A DNA stretch of 64,000 bases from Usitatibacter sp. (GTDB lineage Bacteria; Pseudomonadota; Gammaproteobacteria; Burkholderiales; Usitatibacteraceae): assembly GCA_036266535.1 (NCBI GenBank), contig DATAMY010000185.1, forward strand, positions 16,956-80,955, given 5' to 3'. Shown here in pieces: positions 1 to 10,606 of the stretch; position 1 is the stretch's first letter; each line of letters begins with the position of its first letter. The position numbers and the translations under genes were made by a program. Below the pieces are notes generated by a model. That model made no database searches and was not told the origin of the DNA. It saw only the letters and a list, made by a program, of their open reading frames with translations.

Positions 1-1235
1 TTGATGATGAGCTCCTTGATGCGGCCGGTCACGAAGAAATAGCCTTCGGCGTCGCGCACGCCCACGTCGCCGGTGCGGAACCATCCGTCCGGGAAGAATG
101 CGGCGGCGGTCGCCGCCTCGTTCTTGTAGTAGCCCGGCGTCACCTGCGGCCCGCGGATCGCGATCTCGCCCGGGGTCCCGTCCGGAAGCTCCGCGCCGCG
201 CTCGTCCACGATGCGCGCCTCGCATCCCGACGGCCGTCCCACGGAGCCCACGCGCCGGCGGTCGCGCTCGTACGGGTTGGAGAACGCGGGCGCGACCGTT
301 TCCGTGAGGCCCATCGTCTCGATCACGCCGACGCCGAACTTTTCCTCGAAGGCACGCAGGTGCTCGGGCGGCAGCGGCGCGGAGGCCGTGCGGCAGAAGC
401 GCACGTGCCCGATCTCCTCGCGCGACGGCGCCTCGCGCTCGAGGAGGTAGCTCACCATCGTGGGCACCATGTTCAGCCACGTGCAGCGGTGGCGGATGGC
501 GAGGTCCCAGAAGCGCGAGGCCGAGAACTTCGGCGGCATCGCGAGCGATCCGCCGTGCGCGAGGGGTGCCAGCATCGTCACCGCGAAGGCGTTGATGTGA
601 TAGAGCGGCAGCACGGCGGTCACGCGGTCGCGCGGTCCGAGGCGATGCTCCGCGCTGATGGCGTGCGCGTTCGCGGCGAGGTTCGCCTGCGTGAGCATCA
701 CGCCCTTGGGCTTCCCCGTCGTCCCCGACGTGTACATGAGGAGCGCGAGCGCCTCCGGGGCGACGGACGGAAGCTCCACGCCCGAATCGTCGCCGCGCTC
801 GCCGGGGAGCGTCGTCGCTTCCGGATCCACCTCGACCACCGCGATGGCCCGCGGGATGTCGCGGACGAGCGCCCGCACCTTCGCCGCCCACTCGGGCGAG
901 GCGAAGACCACGGTCGAGCCGCAATGCTCGATCACGTAGCGCATCTGCTCCGGCTGCGCGAGGAGGTTCACCGGGTTCACGCAATAGCCGCCCGCCATGG
1001 CGCCCAGCAGGATCCGGAGCGTCGCGATCCCGTTGGGCATCACGATCGAGACGTGCGCGCCGGGCTTGCCCGCATGGCGCGCGACGAGCGCGCCCACGCG
1101 GCGGCACGAGTCGGCGAGCTCGCCGAAGGCGAGCGTGCGGCCGCTCTCCGCCGCGATGAAGTAGGTCGCGCCCGGCTGGCGCGCCGCCTGGGATTCGACC
1201 AGCGCGGCGACGGTCCCCGGGCGCGGCGCCGGCAT
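1..1235 (-). CDS. sauT: Acyl-CoA synthetase (AMP-forming), probable sulfoacetate-CoA ligase; runs off window start
   Basis: Minus-strand translation gives LLMYTSGTTGKPKG, TMGLTET and WFRTGDVG adenylate-forming motifs. ATG at 1235 overlaps the sauS stop. Substrate inferred from context. Confidence 0.8.
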   Translation of the reverse strand, partial: MPAPRPGTVAALVESQAARQPGATYFIAAESGRTLAFGELADSCRRVGALVARHAGKPGAHVSIVMPNGIATLRILLGAMAGGYCVNPVNLLAQPEQMRYVIEHCGSTVVFASPEWAAKVRALVRDIPRAIAVVEVDPEATTLPGERGDDSGVELPSVAPEALALLMYTSGTTGKPKGVMLTQANLAANAHAISAEHRLGPRDRVTAVLPLYHINAFAVTMLAPLAHGGSLAMPPKFSASRFWDLAIRHRCTWLNMVPTMVSYLLEREAPSREEIGHVRFCRTASAPLPPEHLRAFEEKFGVGVIETMGLTETVAPAFSNPYERDRRRVGSVGRPSGCEARIVDERGAELPDGTPGEIAIRGPQVTPGYYKNEAATAAAFFPDGWFRTGDVGVRDAEGYFFVTGRIKELII

Positions 1236-2653
1236 CAGCGGCCCCAGCGGGCGAAGTAGGAGCCCAGCAGGTCGTCCAGCGCGGGGACGCGCTCCGGGAT
1301 CGGACGGGCGATGCGCGTCACGTTCATGTACTGGCGCACGTTGAGGTTGTCCGAGAAGTTGTTGCGCCCCCAGGTCCCGCAGCCCATCGAGAGCGAGACC
1401 GGGAGCCCGTTCGAGAAGCTTCCGCCGTTCCCGACGACGTGCACCTGGTTCACGATGACGCGCGCGACGGGGAGCGTGAGGCCCAGGTCCAGCGCGCGAT
1501 CGTCGACCTTGCTGTGGAGCGACACCGAGTGACCCGCCCCCTGGTAGGCGTAGATGCGGCGCACGAGCTCCTTCGCCTCCCCGAAATCCGGAACGCGGTA
1601 CACGGTGAGCACGGGCGAGAGCTTCTCCCCCGAAAACCGGTGCGCGGGACCCGTGCCGGACTCCTCGACCAGGAGCACGCGGGCCCGGCGCGTCGCCGGA
1701 TCCGACAACCCCGCGCGTTCGGCGATCGCGGCGGCGGACTGCCCGATCACGGCGGAGGAAAGCTTCCCCTCCGGCCACATGCACGCCTCGAGGCGCTTCC
1801 TGTCGTCGCCCGCGACGGGAACGCAGCCCTGGCGCGCGAGCGCCGCAAGCATCCGGTCGGCGATCGCCTCGACCAGCACGACGCTGTTCTCCGAGGAGCA
1901 GCTGGTCGCGTTGTCGAAGGTCTTCGACTGCACGATCTTCGCGGCCGCATCCTCGACGTCCGCCGTCTCGTCCACGATGGAGGCGACGTTCCCCGCGCCC
2001 ACGCCGAACGCGGGCGTCCCGCTCGCGTAGGCCGCGCGCACGTTCGCCTGCGAGCCCGTGGCGACCACGAGGTCGCACTGCCGCATGAGCTCCGCGGTCG
2101 CTTCCTTGGTGATGGGCGGCGGCAGCATCTGGACCAGGTCCCGCGGGGCGCCGACGCGGTCGAGCTCGGCGTGGATGAACTCGACCAGGCGAGCGCAGGT
2201 GGAGGCGCCCTTGGGCGAAGGTGCCACGATCACGGCGTTCCGCGCCTTGAGGCTGTTGATGATCTTGTTGGCGGGCGTGGCCGCGGGATTCGTCGAGGGC
2301 GTGATGGCGCACACCACGCCCACGGGCCGGCCGATCTCGACGATGCCGCTCGCCTTGTCCTCCGACATCACGCCGACCGTCTTCAGGCCGTGCAGGTCGC
2401 GAAGGAGTCCCAGCGTCTTCCGGTGGTTCTTGAGGACCTTGTCCTCGACGTCCCCGATGCCGGTGTCGCGCACCGCGAGCTCCGAGAGCTCCCGGTTCCG
2501 CGCGGGCTCGAGGATCGCCCACGCCGCGGCCGCGACCAGCTCGTCGATGCGCGCCTGGTCGAACCCGTCCGCGATCGCCTGCGCCGCGCGGGCGCGGCCG
2601 ACGAGTCGCGCGACCTCCTGCGCGACCGGCGGGTGCGTCGCCGCGGCGCTCAT
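1235..2653 (-). CDS. sauS: Acylating aldehyde dehydrogenase, probable sulfoacetaldehyde dehydrogenase
   Basis: C-terminal part of ORF 1235..3859 from MSAAATH. PSTNP, GVGAGN, KTFDNATSCSSEN (catalytic Cys), GEKLSP and MGCGTWG motifs. Adjacent to CoA ligase, near xsc. Confidence 0.82.
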   Translation of the reverse strand: MSAAATHPPVAQEVARLVGRARAAQAIADGFDQARIDELVAAAAWAILEPARNRELSELAVRDTGIGDVEDKVLKNHRKTLGLLRDLHGLKTVGVMSEDKASGIVEIGRPVGVVCAITPSTNPAATPANKIINSLKARNAVIVAPSPKGASTCARLVEFIHAELDRVGAPRDLVQMLPPPITKEATAELMRQCDLVVATGSQANVRAAYASGTPAFGVGAGNVASIVDETADVEDAAAKIVQSKTFDNATSCSSENSVVLVEAIADRMLAALARQGCVPVAGDDRKRLEACMWPEGKLSSAVIGQSAAAIAERAGLSDPATRRARVLLVEESGTGPAHRFSGEKLSPVLTVYRVPDFGEAKELVRRIYAYQGAGHSVSLHSKVDDRALDLGLTLPVARVIVNQVHVVGNGGSFSNGLPVSLSMGCGTWGRNNFSDNLNVRQYMNVTRIARPIPERVPALDDLLGSYFARWGR

Positions 2654-4194
2654 GGCTTCGCCTCCTGGACCCCCTCGTCCACCGTCCCGGGGCCGCGCCG
2701 CGCGCGCATCGTCGCGCGGACATGGCGCACGAGCGGGAACGCGAGCGCGAGGATCGTGAAGGCCATCACCACGCCGCTGATCGGGCGGGTGAAGAAGATC
2801 ATGGGGTCGTTCTGGTACGCGATCATGCTGGTCATGAACTGGGTCTCCGCCACCGGCCCGAGGATGCACCCGAGCACCATCGGCGCGATCGGGAAGCGAT
2901 AGCGCTCGAAGAGGTACCCCACGACGCCGAAGATCACGATCATCCAGAGGTCCGTGAGGCTGTTCCGCGCGCTGTACGCGCCCACGAAGCAGAAGAGCGC
3001 GACGAAGGCCGAGGTCACCGCTTCCGGCATGCGCAGCACCCAGATGAGCGGGCGGATCGCGAAGTAGCCGAGGAGGCACATGCCGATGACCGCCGCGAAC
3101 ATGGACGCGAAGATCGTGTAGACCATGTCGCCGCTCGTCTGGAAGATCTGCGGCCCGGGCTGCACGCCGTGGAGGAGGAAAGCGCCGAGGATCACGGCGG
3201 TGGCGCCGCTTCCCGGGATGCCGAGCGCGAGGAGCGGGACCATGTGGCCGCCGACCGTCGCGGTGGAGGCGAGCTGCGGCGCCACGATCCCCTCCGGGAT
3301 GCCCGTTCCCAGCAGGTGACGGCGCTTGCCGTACTGCGCCTCGGCGCCGTACGCCACGAACGACCCCACCGTCGCCCCCGCGCCCGGCACGATGCCGCAG
3401 AGGATGCCGATGAAGGAGCTCCTCGCGATCGTGGCCTTGAGCGCCGTGATCTCGCGCCACGCGGGAAAGCGCGTCTGCACCTTGCGGTCCCCTTCCATCG
3501 GGGGGCTCGTGAATCCCTGCTCCATCCGCGTGAGCACCTCGCCCAGGCCGTAGGCGCCCACCATGACGGTGAGGTACTCGATCCCGTCCTTCAGGATCGG
3601 GACGCCGAACGTATAGCGGTCCACGCCGTAGGTCTCGTCGACGCCCACGGTCGCGAGGAGGAGCCCGATGCACAGGCTCACCACCGCCTTCGTGAGCGAG
3701 CCGCCCGCGAGCGAGACCACGCCCGAGAGGCCGAAGAGGACGATCGCGAAGTATTCCGGCGCGTCGAAGCGGAGCGCGAACTTCGCGAACGGCACGGCGA
3801 GCGCCACCGCGGAGACCGCCGTGAGGAGCCCGCCGAAGAGCGCGGCGAGGAGCGTCCATCCCAGCGCGCGCGCGGGCTCGCCCTGGCGCGCCATCGGGTA
3901 GCCGTCCCAGAGGAGCGGAACGTCGAGGGGCTCGCCCGGGATCCGGAAGAGGATCGACGTGAAGGCGCCGCCGTACGTGCCCGAGAGGTACATCGCCGTG
4001 AGGAGAACGATCGACGGCGTGACGCCCATCCCGTAGGTGAACGGGAGCGCGAGGACCACGCCCATCACGAGGGTGAGGCCCGGGAGGACCGCGACCAGCA
4101 TGCCGACCACGAGGCCCACGAAGAGCGCCGTCGCGTTCGGGATGCTCGCGAGGTGGAGGAACCCGAGGCCCAGCTGGTGCAGGACGTCTTGCAT
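2650..4194 (-). CDS. tctA: Tripartite tricarboxylate transporter large permease TctA
   Basis: 514-aa polytopic protein with GTYGGAFTSILFRIPGEP and VPLLALGIPG motifs. Confidence 0.9.
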   Translation of the reverse strand: MQDVLHQLGLGFLHLASIPNATALFVGLVVGMLVAVLPGLTLVMGVVLALPFTYGMGVTPSIVLLTAMYLSGTYGGAFTSILFRIPGEPLDVPLLWDGYPMARQGEPARALGWTLLAALFGGLLTAVSAVALAVPFAKFALRFDAPEYFAIVLFGLSGVVSLAGGSLTKAVVSLCIGLLLATVGVDETYGVDRYTFGVPILKDGIEYLTVMVGAYGLGEVLTRMEQGFTSPPMEGDRKVQTRFPAWREITALKATIARSSFIGILCGIVPGAGATVGSFVAYGAEAQYGKRRHLLGTGIPEGIVAPQLASTATVGGHMVPLLALGIPGSGATAVILGAFLLHGVQPGPQIFQTSGDMVYTIFASMFAAVIGMCLLGYFAIRPLIWVLRMPEAVTSAFVALFCFVGAYSARNSLTDLWMIVIFGVVGYLFERYRFPIAPMVLGCILGPVAETQFMTSMIAYQNDPMIFFTRPISGVVMAFTILALAFPLVRHVRATMRARRGPGTVDEGVQEAKP

Positions 4195-4215
4195 GCGCTT
4201 TCCTGGTGGGTGGCG

Positions 4216-4737
4216 CTAGTGGATGCCGAGAATCGACATGAGCGCGGTCGAGACCTCGCGGAAGGGACCCACGCCCAGCGGCAGCGAGACATAGACCACC
4301 TTCATGAACACGTAGACGAAAGCGAGGCTCCCCACGATGCTCGTCGTGGCGATCACGCCCCAGCGGCGGTACCGGCCCACCACCATGAACGCGGCGAGGT
4401 AGGCGACGGTGGCGAGGAAGAACCCGAGGTAGTCCATGCCCGGCACGTAGAGCGCCGTGATCAACATGCCGGCGGCGAGGAGCCGCGGGAAGCGCGGCCC
4501 CTCGTCGGCCGCGGCGGCTTCGGCCGCGGGCGCGACGGCCGCGGAGAGCGCGTGCCGTCCGATCTCGATCGCGCAGACGATCATGAGGAGGACCAGGACC
4601 GCGCGCGGCCAGAAGTCCGGCCCCAGCTGCCCCACCTTGGCCGCGGCGGCGAAGGAGCCCGCGTCGTGGTACAGGTACGCGGCCGCCGCGAGGAGGCCCG
4701 CGTACGGGAGGATCGCCTTCGCCTTGCCGCTCGACAT
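4216..4737 (-). CDS. tctB: Tripartite tricarboxylate transporter small subunit TctB
   Basis: About 4 TM helices, LGPDFWP, C-terminal VSLPLG; lies between tctC and tctA. Confidence 0.85.
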   Translation of the reverse strand: MSSGKAKAILPYAGLLAAAAYLYHDAGSFAAAAKVGQLGPDFWPRAVLVLLMIVCAIEIGRHALSAAVAPAAEAAAADEGPRFPRLLAAGMLITALYVPGMDYLGFFLATVAYLAAFMVVGRYRRWGVIATTSIVGSLAFVYVFMKVVYVSLPLGVGPFREVSTALMSILGIH

Positions 4738-4747
4738 GCGCCGGGGC

Positions 4748-5716
4748 TCAGACCTTCTTCATCGCGGCCTGCATGTCCGCGAGCTGGGCCTTCAGGAAGG
4801 CGACCGCCTTGTCCGCGGGAACGAAGCTGTCGCTCGCCGCGTACTGCTCCTCGAGGAACTTCTTGTACTCATCCGTCGCGGCGACCTTCGCCATCACGTC
4901 CGAGAGGAGCTTCACGCGATCGGCCGGTGTGCCGCCCTTCACGACGAACGAGCGGAACTGCGGGAGGGTGATGTCGAACCCCAGCTCCGCCGAGCACGGC
5001 ACGTCCTTGAACGCCGGGAGCCGGCTCTTCGCGAAGATGATGATCGGCTTGATCTGCTTGTTGGTGATGAACTGCCGCACGTCGCCCGCCTGCTCGTAGA
5101 GCGCGTCCACGTGGCCGCCGATCACCGAGACGTAGCGCTCGCTGGGCTTGGCGTACGGCACCTCGACCACCTTGATGCCCTTCGATTCGAGGTACGAGAG
5201 CGTCATGTCGTCCACGCTCCCGAAGCCCAGCGTCGCGACCTTGAGCGTGGCGGGCTTCGCCTTCGCCTCGCGCTCGAACTGCGCCCAGTCCTTGAACCGC
5301 CCGCCCTCCGCGACGAAGAGAAAGGACGGGCACTGCATCATGATCGCGATCGGCTGGATGTCCTTGATCGTCCAGCGCGGCGACTTCCCGGCGAGGAGCG
5401 CGTTCGTGTCCGCGATGTACACCGCCATCGCGTAGCCGTCCGCCTGGTCCGTGAGGAGCTTCGCCATGCCCGTGGCGCCCGTGGCGCCCGGCACGTTCAC
5501 CACGGGAAGCGACGTCTTCAGGAAAGGCTCGCCGATCTTCGCCGTCAAGCGCGCGAGCTGGTCCGCGCCGCCGCCCGGGCCCCAGGGCACGATCACGTCG
5601 ATCGGGCGCGTCGGGAATTTTTCCTGCGGCCAACCGGCGCGGGGTGCCAGCGCGAGCGTGGATGCGGCGATGAGGAGCGATCGGCGCGTGATGCTGCGGG
5701 GTTTGCGGTCGTCCAT
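4748..5716 (-). CDS. tctC: TctC/Bug periplasmic binding protein with Tat-like signal
   Basis: TRRSLL signal, [26 protein letters not shown]; GGAGG RBS upstream. Confidence 0.88.
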   Translation of the reverse strand: MDDRKPRSITRRSLLIAASTLALAPRAGWPQEKFPTRPIDVIVPWGPGGGADQLARLTAKIGEPFLKTSLPVVNVPGATGATGMAKLLTDQADGYAMAVYIADTNALLAGKSPRWTIKDIQPIAIMMQCPSFLFVAEGGRFKDWAQFEREAKAKPATLKVATLGFGSVDDMTLSYLESKGIKVVEVPYAKPSERYVSVIGGHVDALYEQAGDVRQFITNKQIKPIIIFAKSRLPAFKDVPCSAELGFDITLPQFRSFVVKGGTPADRVKLLSDVMAKVAATDEYKKFLEEQYAASDSFVPADKAVAFLKAQLADMQAAMKKV

Positions 5717-5822
5717 TCTCATTCCTCCGTTGCGTTGTGGTTGCCGCGGCTCCAGGGCGGTTTCAAGGATGCCATGGCCGCGCCGTTTGTGCCGTCCATG
5801 CGCCCTTGCAATAATGGCGGCG

Positions 5823-6722
5823 ATGCCCATGGACGTCCTGGAGCGGTTCTTCGAGCGCGCGCGCGCGCGGCGCGCCCGCATCGTGCTGCCCGAGACGGGC
5901 GACGAGCGCATCGTGGAAGCGGCGCGGCGGCTTCGCTCCGAAGGCCTCGCGGAGCCGATCCTCCCGCCGCCGCCCCAGGACGACCCGCGTTTCGACGAGT
6001 ATGCCGCCCTCTGGCCGGGCAACCCGAAGATCGCGCGGCGAGCGGTCGCGAAGCCCCTCTTCCACGCCGGCATGATGGTGAGGGCGGGGCACGCGGACGC
6101 CCTCCTCGCGGGCGTGGCCAACCCCACCGCGCGCGTGATCGAGGCGGGCATGATGACGATCGGGCTGGCACCCGGCATCCGCACCCCTTCGAGCTTCTTC
6201 CTCATGGTGCTGGGCGAGCGCGTCCTGCTCTATGCCGACTGCGCGGTGAACCCGGACCCGGACGCGGACATGCTCGCCGACATCGCGATCGCGTCGGCCG
6301 CGAGCCGGCGCGCGCTCGTGGGGGACCTGCCCCGCGTGGCGCTCCTCTCCTTCTCCACGCACGGAAGCGCCAGCCACCCGCGGGTCGAGAAGGTCGTGCG
6401 CGCGCTCGCCCTCGCGCGCGAGCGGGAGCCCGCGCTCGCGATCGACGGCGAGCTGCAGGCGGACGCGGCGCTCGTGGAGAGCATCGCGCGGCGGAAGGTG
6501 GGCCGCGAGAGCGCCGTCGCGGGCCGCGCGAACGTCCTCGTCTTCCCGGACCTGGACGCCGGCAACATCGCGTACAAGCTCACGCAGCATCTCGCGGGCG
6601 CGCGCGCCGTGGGCCCGATCCTGCAGGGCTTCGCGCGTCCCGTGAGCGACCTCTCGCGCGGGGCGAGCGTGGACGACATCGTCGCCACCGCCGTCGTGCT
6701 GCTCGCGCAGGTCCCGCACTAG
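5823..6722 (+). CDS. pta: Phosphate acetyltransferase (short PTA_PTB form)
   Basis: [43 protein letters not shown]; start could be 5814, 5823 or 5829. Confidence 0.88.
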   Translation: MPMDVLERFFERARARRARIVLPETGDERIVEAARRLRSEGLAEPILPPPPQDDPRFDEYAALWPGNPKIARRAVAKPLFHAGMMVRAGHADALLAGVANPTARVIEAGMMTIGLAPGIRTPSSFFLMVLGERVLLYADCAVNPDPDADMLADIAIASAASRRALVGDLPRVALLSFSTHGSASHPRVEKVVRALALAREREPALAIDGELQADAALVESIARRKVGRESAVAGRANVLVFPDLDAGNIAYKLTQHLAGARAVGPILQGFARPVSDLSRGASVDDIVATAVVLLAQVPH

Positions 6723-7867
6723 CGCGCCTCCATCGGGACGTACGGCCGCGGCTCCGGGCCGTTGTAGAGCGTGAGCGGCCGGATGAGGATGTTCGACTCC
6801 ATCTGCTCCAGCACCTGCACCGTCCATCCCGGCACGCGTCCCACGGCGAAGATCGGCACGAAGAGGTCCGGCGCGATGCCGTTGAGGTAGTAGACGACGC
6901 CCGCGTAGAAATCGACGTTCACGTTCACGCCGTGGCGCGCGTAGGGCTTCATCGCCTCGACCAGCGCGGCGAGGATGCGGAACCACTGCGGCTGCCCCAT
7001 CTCCACCGAGAGCTTCTCGACGCCCGCCCGCATGTGGCGCGCGCGCGGGTCCTCGGCCTTGTAGACGCGGTGCCCGAATCCCATGATCGCCTCGCGGTTC
7101 GAGCGTTTCGTCTTCACGTACTGCGCCGCGTTCGCCGGGTCGCCGATCTCCTGCGCCATCTTCATCACGTTCTCGGCGGCCCCGCCGTGCGCGGGACCGG
7201 AGAGCGCCGCGATCGCCGCCGTGATCGCCGCGTGGAGGTTCGCCTCGGTGCCGGCCACCACCCGCGCGGTGAAGGACGACGCGTTCGCCCCGTGCTCCGC
7301 GTGGAGGATCATGTCCGTGTCCATCAACCGCGCCGCGTCGGCGCTCGGGCGCGCCCCCTTCAGCATGTAGAGGAAATTCGCCGCGTGCGGGAGCGACGGG
7401 TCCGGCGCCACGGGCGCGCGGCCGTTCCGGATGTGCTCGTGCGCGGCGACGATCATCGGCACCTGGGACGAGAGCCGGATGCCCTTCCGGCGGGTCGCTT
7501 CCGGCGAGTTGTCCGCGACGTCCGGATCGAACGCCGCGAGCGCCGAGACGGCGGTGCGGAGCACGTCCATCGGGTGCGCCGACTTCACGAGGCGGATCAG
7601 CTCGTGGATCGGCGGGGGCAGCACGCGCGCGGCGGCGAGCTCCCCGGCGAAGCCCGCGAGCTGGGCCTGCGACGGAAGCTCCCCGTGGAGGAGGAGGTAG
7701 CACGTCTCCTCGAACGTGGAGCGTTGGGCGAGGTCGTGGATCGAGTAGCCGCGATAGCGCAGCTCCCCGGCCTTGCCGTCGATGTCGCACACCCGCGAGC
7801 GGTCGAAGTAGACGCCCTTCAGGCCGCGGTGGAGGTCGACCTTCTGCGTGGTCGTTCCTGCTTCCAT
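6719..7867 (-). CDS. Citrate synthase / 2-methylcitrate synthase family protein
   Basis: [43 protein letters not shown] motifs. Confidence 0.88.
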   Translation of the reverse strand: MEAGTTTQKVDLHRGLKGVYFDRSRVCDIDGKAGELRYRGYSIHDLAQRSTFEETCYLLLHGELPSQAQLAGFAGELAAARVLPPPIHELIRLVKSAHPMDVLRTAVSALAAFDPDVADNSPEATRRKGIRLSSQVPMIVAAHEHIRNGRAPVAPDPSLPHAANFLYMLKGARPSADAARLMDTDMILHAEHGANASSFTARVVAGTEANLHAAITAAIAALSGPAHGGAAENVMKMAQEIGDPANAAQYVKTKRSNREAIMGFGHRVYKAEDPRARHMRAGVEKLSVEMGQPQWFRILAALVEAMKPYARHGVNVNVDFYAGVVYYLNGIAPDLFVPIFAVGRVPGWTVQVLEQMESNILIRPLTLYNGPEPRPYVPMEAR

Positions 7868-7874
7868 GTCCGCC

Positions 7875-8666
7875 TCACTCGAAGGTGGCTGCGATGGCCG
7901 CGGCGGCCTCGGTGAGCCGCGGCACGAAATCGATGGCGCGCTGGAGCGGCAGCCGCGCGGTCGCCGCGTGCACCGCGACCGCGGCCACGGCGTGGCCCGC
8001 CACGACCACCGGGACCGCGACGCAGGCCACGCCCGCCACGAATTCCTCGTTGTCCAGCGCATACCCGGCGGCGACCACGCGGTCCAGCTCCTTCGCGAGG
8101 AGTCCGCGGTCCGTGAGGGTGTGCGCCGTGAAGCGGGGGAGCGGCATCGCCGCCGCGAGCGCATCGCGCTCGGCCGCGGGAAGGGACGCGATGAGGAGCT
8201 TGCCGCTCGCGCTGCAGTGCGCGGGCACCGTCCCGCCCACCGGAAGGTGCAGCCGAAGCGGCCATTCCGCCTCGACGCGGTCGAGGTACACGACCTCGCC
8301 CCGCCGCAGCATCGCGAGGTTGCAGGTCTCGCCCACGTCCGCCACGAGCTGCCGGAGGATCGCGTGCCGGAGGGTCGCGACCGCATCGTTGGTGAGGATC
8401 GAGAGACCCATCGACGCGAGGCGCGGTCCAACCGCATAGGCACGGCCCGCCGGCTCCCGCTGCACGTAGCCCGCGTCCTCGAAGAGGGCGAGCGTGCGGT
8501 GGAGCGAGGGCTTCGGGAGCCCCGTCGACTGCATGAGCTCCGAGAGCGACACGGGGCCGCCGGCGCGCACGAGGGCCTCGAGCACCGACAAGGCCTTGAG
8601 CGTGGACGAGTTTTCCAGGGCGGCGTCGCGCCGGGCCCGGTCGGTCGTGTCGATCACGGTCGCCAT
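7875..8666 (-). CDS. IclR-family transcriptional regulator (SauR-like)
   Basis: N-terminal HTH (LSELMQSTGLPKPSLHRTL), GETCNL, HCSASGK, DNEE; divergent from xsc. Confidence 0.88.
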   Translation of the reverse strand: MATVIDTTDRARRDAALENSSTLKALSVLEALVRAGGPVSLSELMQSTGLPKPSLHRTLALFEDAGYVQREPAGRAYAVGPRLASMGLSILTNDAVATLRHAILRQLVADVGETCNLAMLRRGEVVYLDRVEAEWPLRLHLPVGGTVPAHCSASGKLLIASLPAAERDALAAAMPLPRFTAHTLTDRGLLAKELDRVVAAGYALDNEEFVAGVACVAVPVVVAGHAVAAVAVHAATARLPLQRAIDFVPRLTEAAAAIAATFE

Positions 8667-8710
8667 GGCCGCCAGCGTAGTCCAAAAGATTCCGCCCATG
8701 CAACAGATTC

Positions 8711-8767
8711 GTTCCGGAGGCTGGAACCCACCCTTGCACGGCGCCTTGGCGTGGGATAGTGTTCCGG
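8711..8767. promoter_or_regulatory. Candidate IclR operator and sigma70 promoter between iclR and xsc
   Basis: Palindrome GTTCC-N7-GGAAC at 8711-8727, second GTTCCGG at 8761; TTGCAC(8734)-N17-TAGTGT. Confidence 0.4.
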
Positions 8768-8804
8768 CAATCGAGACCAGGCATTCCGCTGCGAGGAGAC
8801 GACC

Positions 8805-10592
8805 ATGAACGACATGTCCCGGGGCAACCGCGAGGTGGTGCGCGGCAAGGTGAAGATGACGCCGTCGGAGGCGCTGGTGGAAACCATGGTCGCGCAGGGC
8901 GTGACCGACATCTTCGGGATCGTGGGCTCGGCGTACATGGACGCGCTCGACATCTTCCCCGCCGCGGGCATCCGCTTCATCCCGGTCGCCCACGAGCAGG
9001 GGGCCGTCCACATGGCGGACGGCTATTCGCGCGTCTCCGGCCGGCATGGCGTCTGCATCGCGCAGAACGGGCCCGGCGTCACGAACTTCGTGACCGGCGT
9101 CGCCGCCGCGTACTGGGCGCACTCGCCGGTCGTGGTCATCACCCCCGAGACGGGCTCGGGCACGCTCGGCCTCGGCGGCTTCCAGGAGACCGAGCAGCTC
9201 CCGATCTTCTCCAAGATCACCAAGTACCAGGGGCACTTGAACAACCCGAAGCGGATGGCGGAGATCACCGCGCGCTGCTTCGACCGCGCCATGCTGGAGA
9301 TGGGCCCCACGCAGCTGAACATCCCGCGCGACTATTTCTACGGCGACATCGAGTGCGAGATCCCGGCGCCCATCCGCATCGGCCGGGGCGCGGGCGACGA
9401 GGCGGCGCTGGACGAGGCCGCCAAGCTCCTCGCGAGCGCGAAGTTCCCCGTGATCCTCGCGGGCGGCGGCGTGATCATGAGCGAGGGCACCCGCGAGGCG
9501 GTGGCGCTCGCCGAGGCGCTCCACGCGCCGGTCGCGGAGAGCTACCTGCACAACGACGCCTTCCCCGCCTCGCATCCGCTCTGGGTGGGCCCCCTCGGCT
9601 ACCAGGGCTCGAAGGCCGCGATGAAGCTCATCTCCAAGGCGGACGTGGTCCTGGCGCTCGGCACGCGCCTGGGGCCGTTCGGGACGCTTCCGCAATACGG
9701 CATGGAGTACTGGCCCGCGAGCGCGAAGATCATCCAGGTCGACGCGGACCCGCGCATGCTGGGCCTGGTGCGGCCGATCTCGGTCGGCATCAACGGCGAC
9801 GCGCGCGCGGCCGCGGCGGCGCTCGTGGCGCGGTTGAAGGGCAAGTCGCTCGCGTGCCAGCAGAACAAGGCGGAGCGCGAGGCGGCCATCAGGTCGGAGA
9901 AGGCGGCATGGGAGAAGGAGCTCGAGGGATGGACCCACGAGACCGACCCCTACTCCGTCGAGATCTCCAAGGGCAGCGGCCACATGCACCCGCGCCAGAT
10001 GCTGCGCTCGCTCGAGCGCGCGATGCCGAAGGGCGCGATGGTCTCGACCGACATCGGCAACATCTGCTCGGTCTCGAACTCGTACCTTCGCTTCGACGAG
10101 CCGCGCTCGATGCTCGCGGCGATGAGCTTCGGCAACTGCGGCTATGCCTTCCCGGTCGCCTGCGGCGCGAAGGTCGCCCGTCCGGACCGCCCCGCGATCG
10201 CCTACGTGGGCGACGGCGCGTGGGGCATCAGCTTGAACGAGCTCCTCACCTGCGCCCGCGAGAAGATCGGCGTGACGGTCGTCCTCTTCAACAACGGCCA
10301 GTGGGGCGCCGAGAAGAAGAACCACGTGGACTTCTACTCGCGCCGCTACCAGGGCGTGGAGCTGGAGAACCCGAGCTGGGCGGCGGTCGCGAGATCCTTC
10401 GGCTGCGACGGGGTCGTCGTGGACAAGGTGGGCGACGTGGGCGCGGCGCTCCAGGAAGCGGTGCGCCGCCAGGCCGACGGCAAGACCACGGTGCTCGAGA
10501 TGATGGTCACGAAGGAGCTGGGCGACCCGTTCCGCCGCGACGCGCTCTCGAAGCCCGTGCGCCACCTCGCGAAGTACAAGTCCTACGTCTGA
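8805..10592 (+). CDS. xsc: Sulfoacetaldehyde acetyltransferase (ThDP-dependent)
   Basis: MTPSEALVET, GIVGSAYMDALD, AMSFGNCGY, GDGAWG, QWGAEKKN, ELGDPFRRDAL are characteristic of Xsc. Confidence 0.93.
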   Translation: MNDMSRGNREVVRGKVKMTPSEALVETMVAQGVTDIFGIVGSAYMDALDIFPAAGIRFIPVAHEQGAVHMADGYSRVSGRHGVCIAQNGPGVTNFVTGVAAAYWAHSPVVVITPETGSGTLGLGGFQETEQLPIFSKITKYQGHLNNPKRMAEITARCFDRAMLEMGPTQLNIPRDYFYGDIECEIPAPIRIGRGAGDEAALDEAAKLLASAKFPVILAGGGVIMSEGTREAVALAEALHAPVAESYLHNDAFPASHPLWVGPLGYQGSKAAMKLISKADVVLALGTRLGPFGTLPQYGMEYWPASAKIIQVDADPRMLGLVRPISVGINGDARAAAAALVARLKGKSLACQQNKAEREAAIRSEKAAWEKELEGWTHETDPYSVEISKGSGHMHPRQMLRSLERAMPKGAMVSTDIGNICSVSNSYLRFDEPRSMLAAMSFGNCGYAFPVACGAKVARPDRPAIAYVGDGAWGISLNELLTCAREKIGVTVVLFNNGQWGAEKKNHVDFYSRRYQGVELENPSWAAVARSFGCDGVVVDKVGDVGAALQEAVRRQADGKTTVLEMMVTKELGDPFRRDALSKPVRHLAKYKSYV

Positions 10593-10606
10593 AGGCGGGA
10601 ACGGCG

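Noticed and set aside
1235-3859. Apparent long N-terminal fusions (sauS 874 aa, GST 849 aa, PCAT 1393 aa, S9 950 aa)
   Set aside because: The extensions overlap other real genes; internal starts with RBS or stop/start overlap explain them
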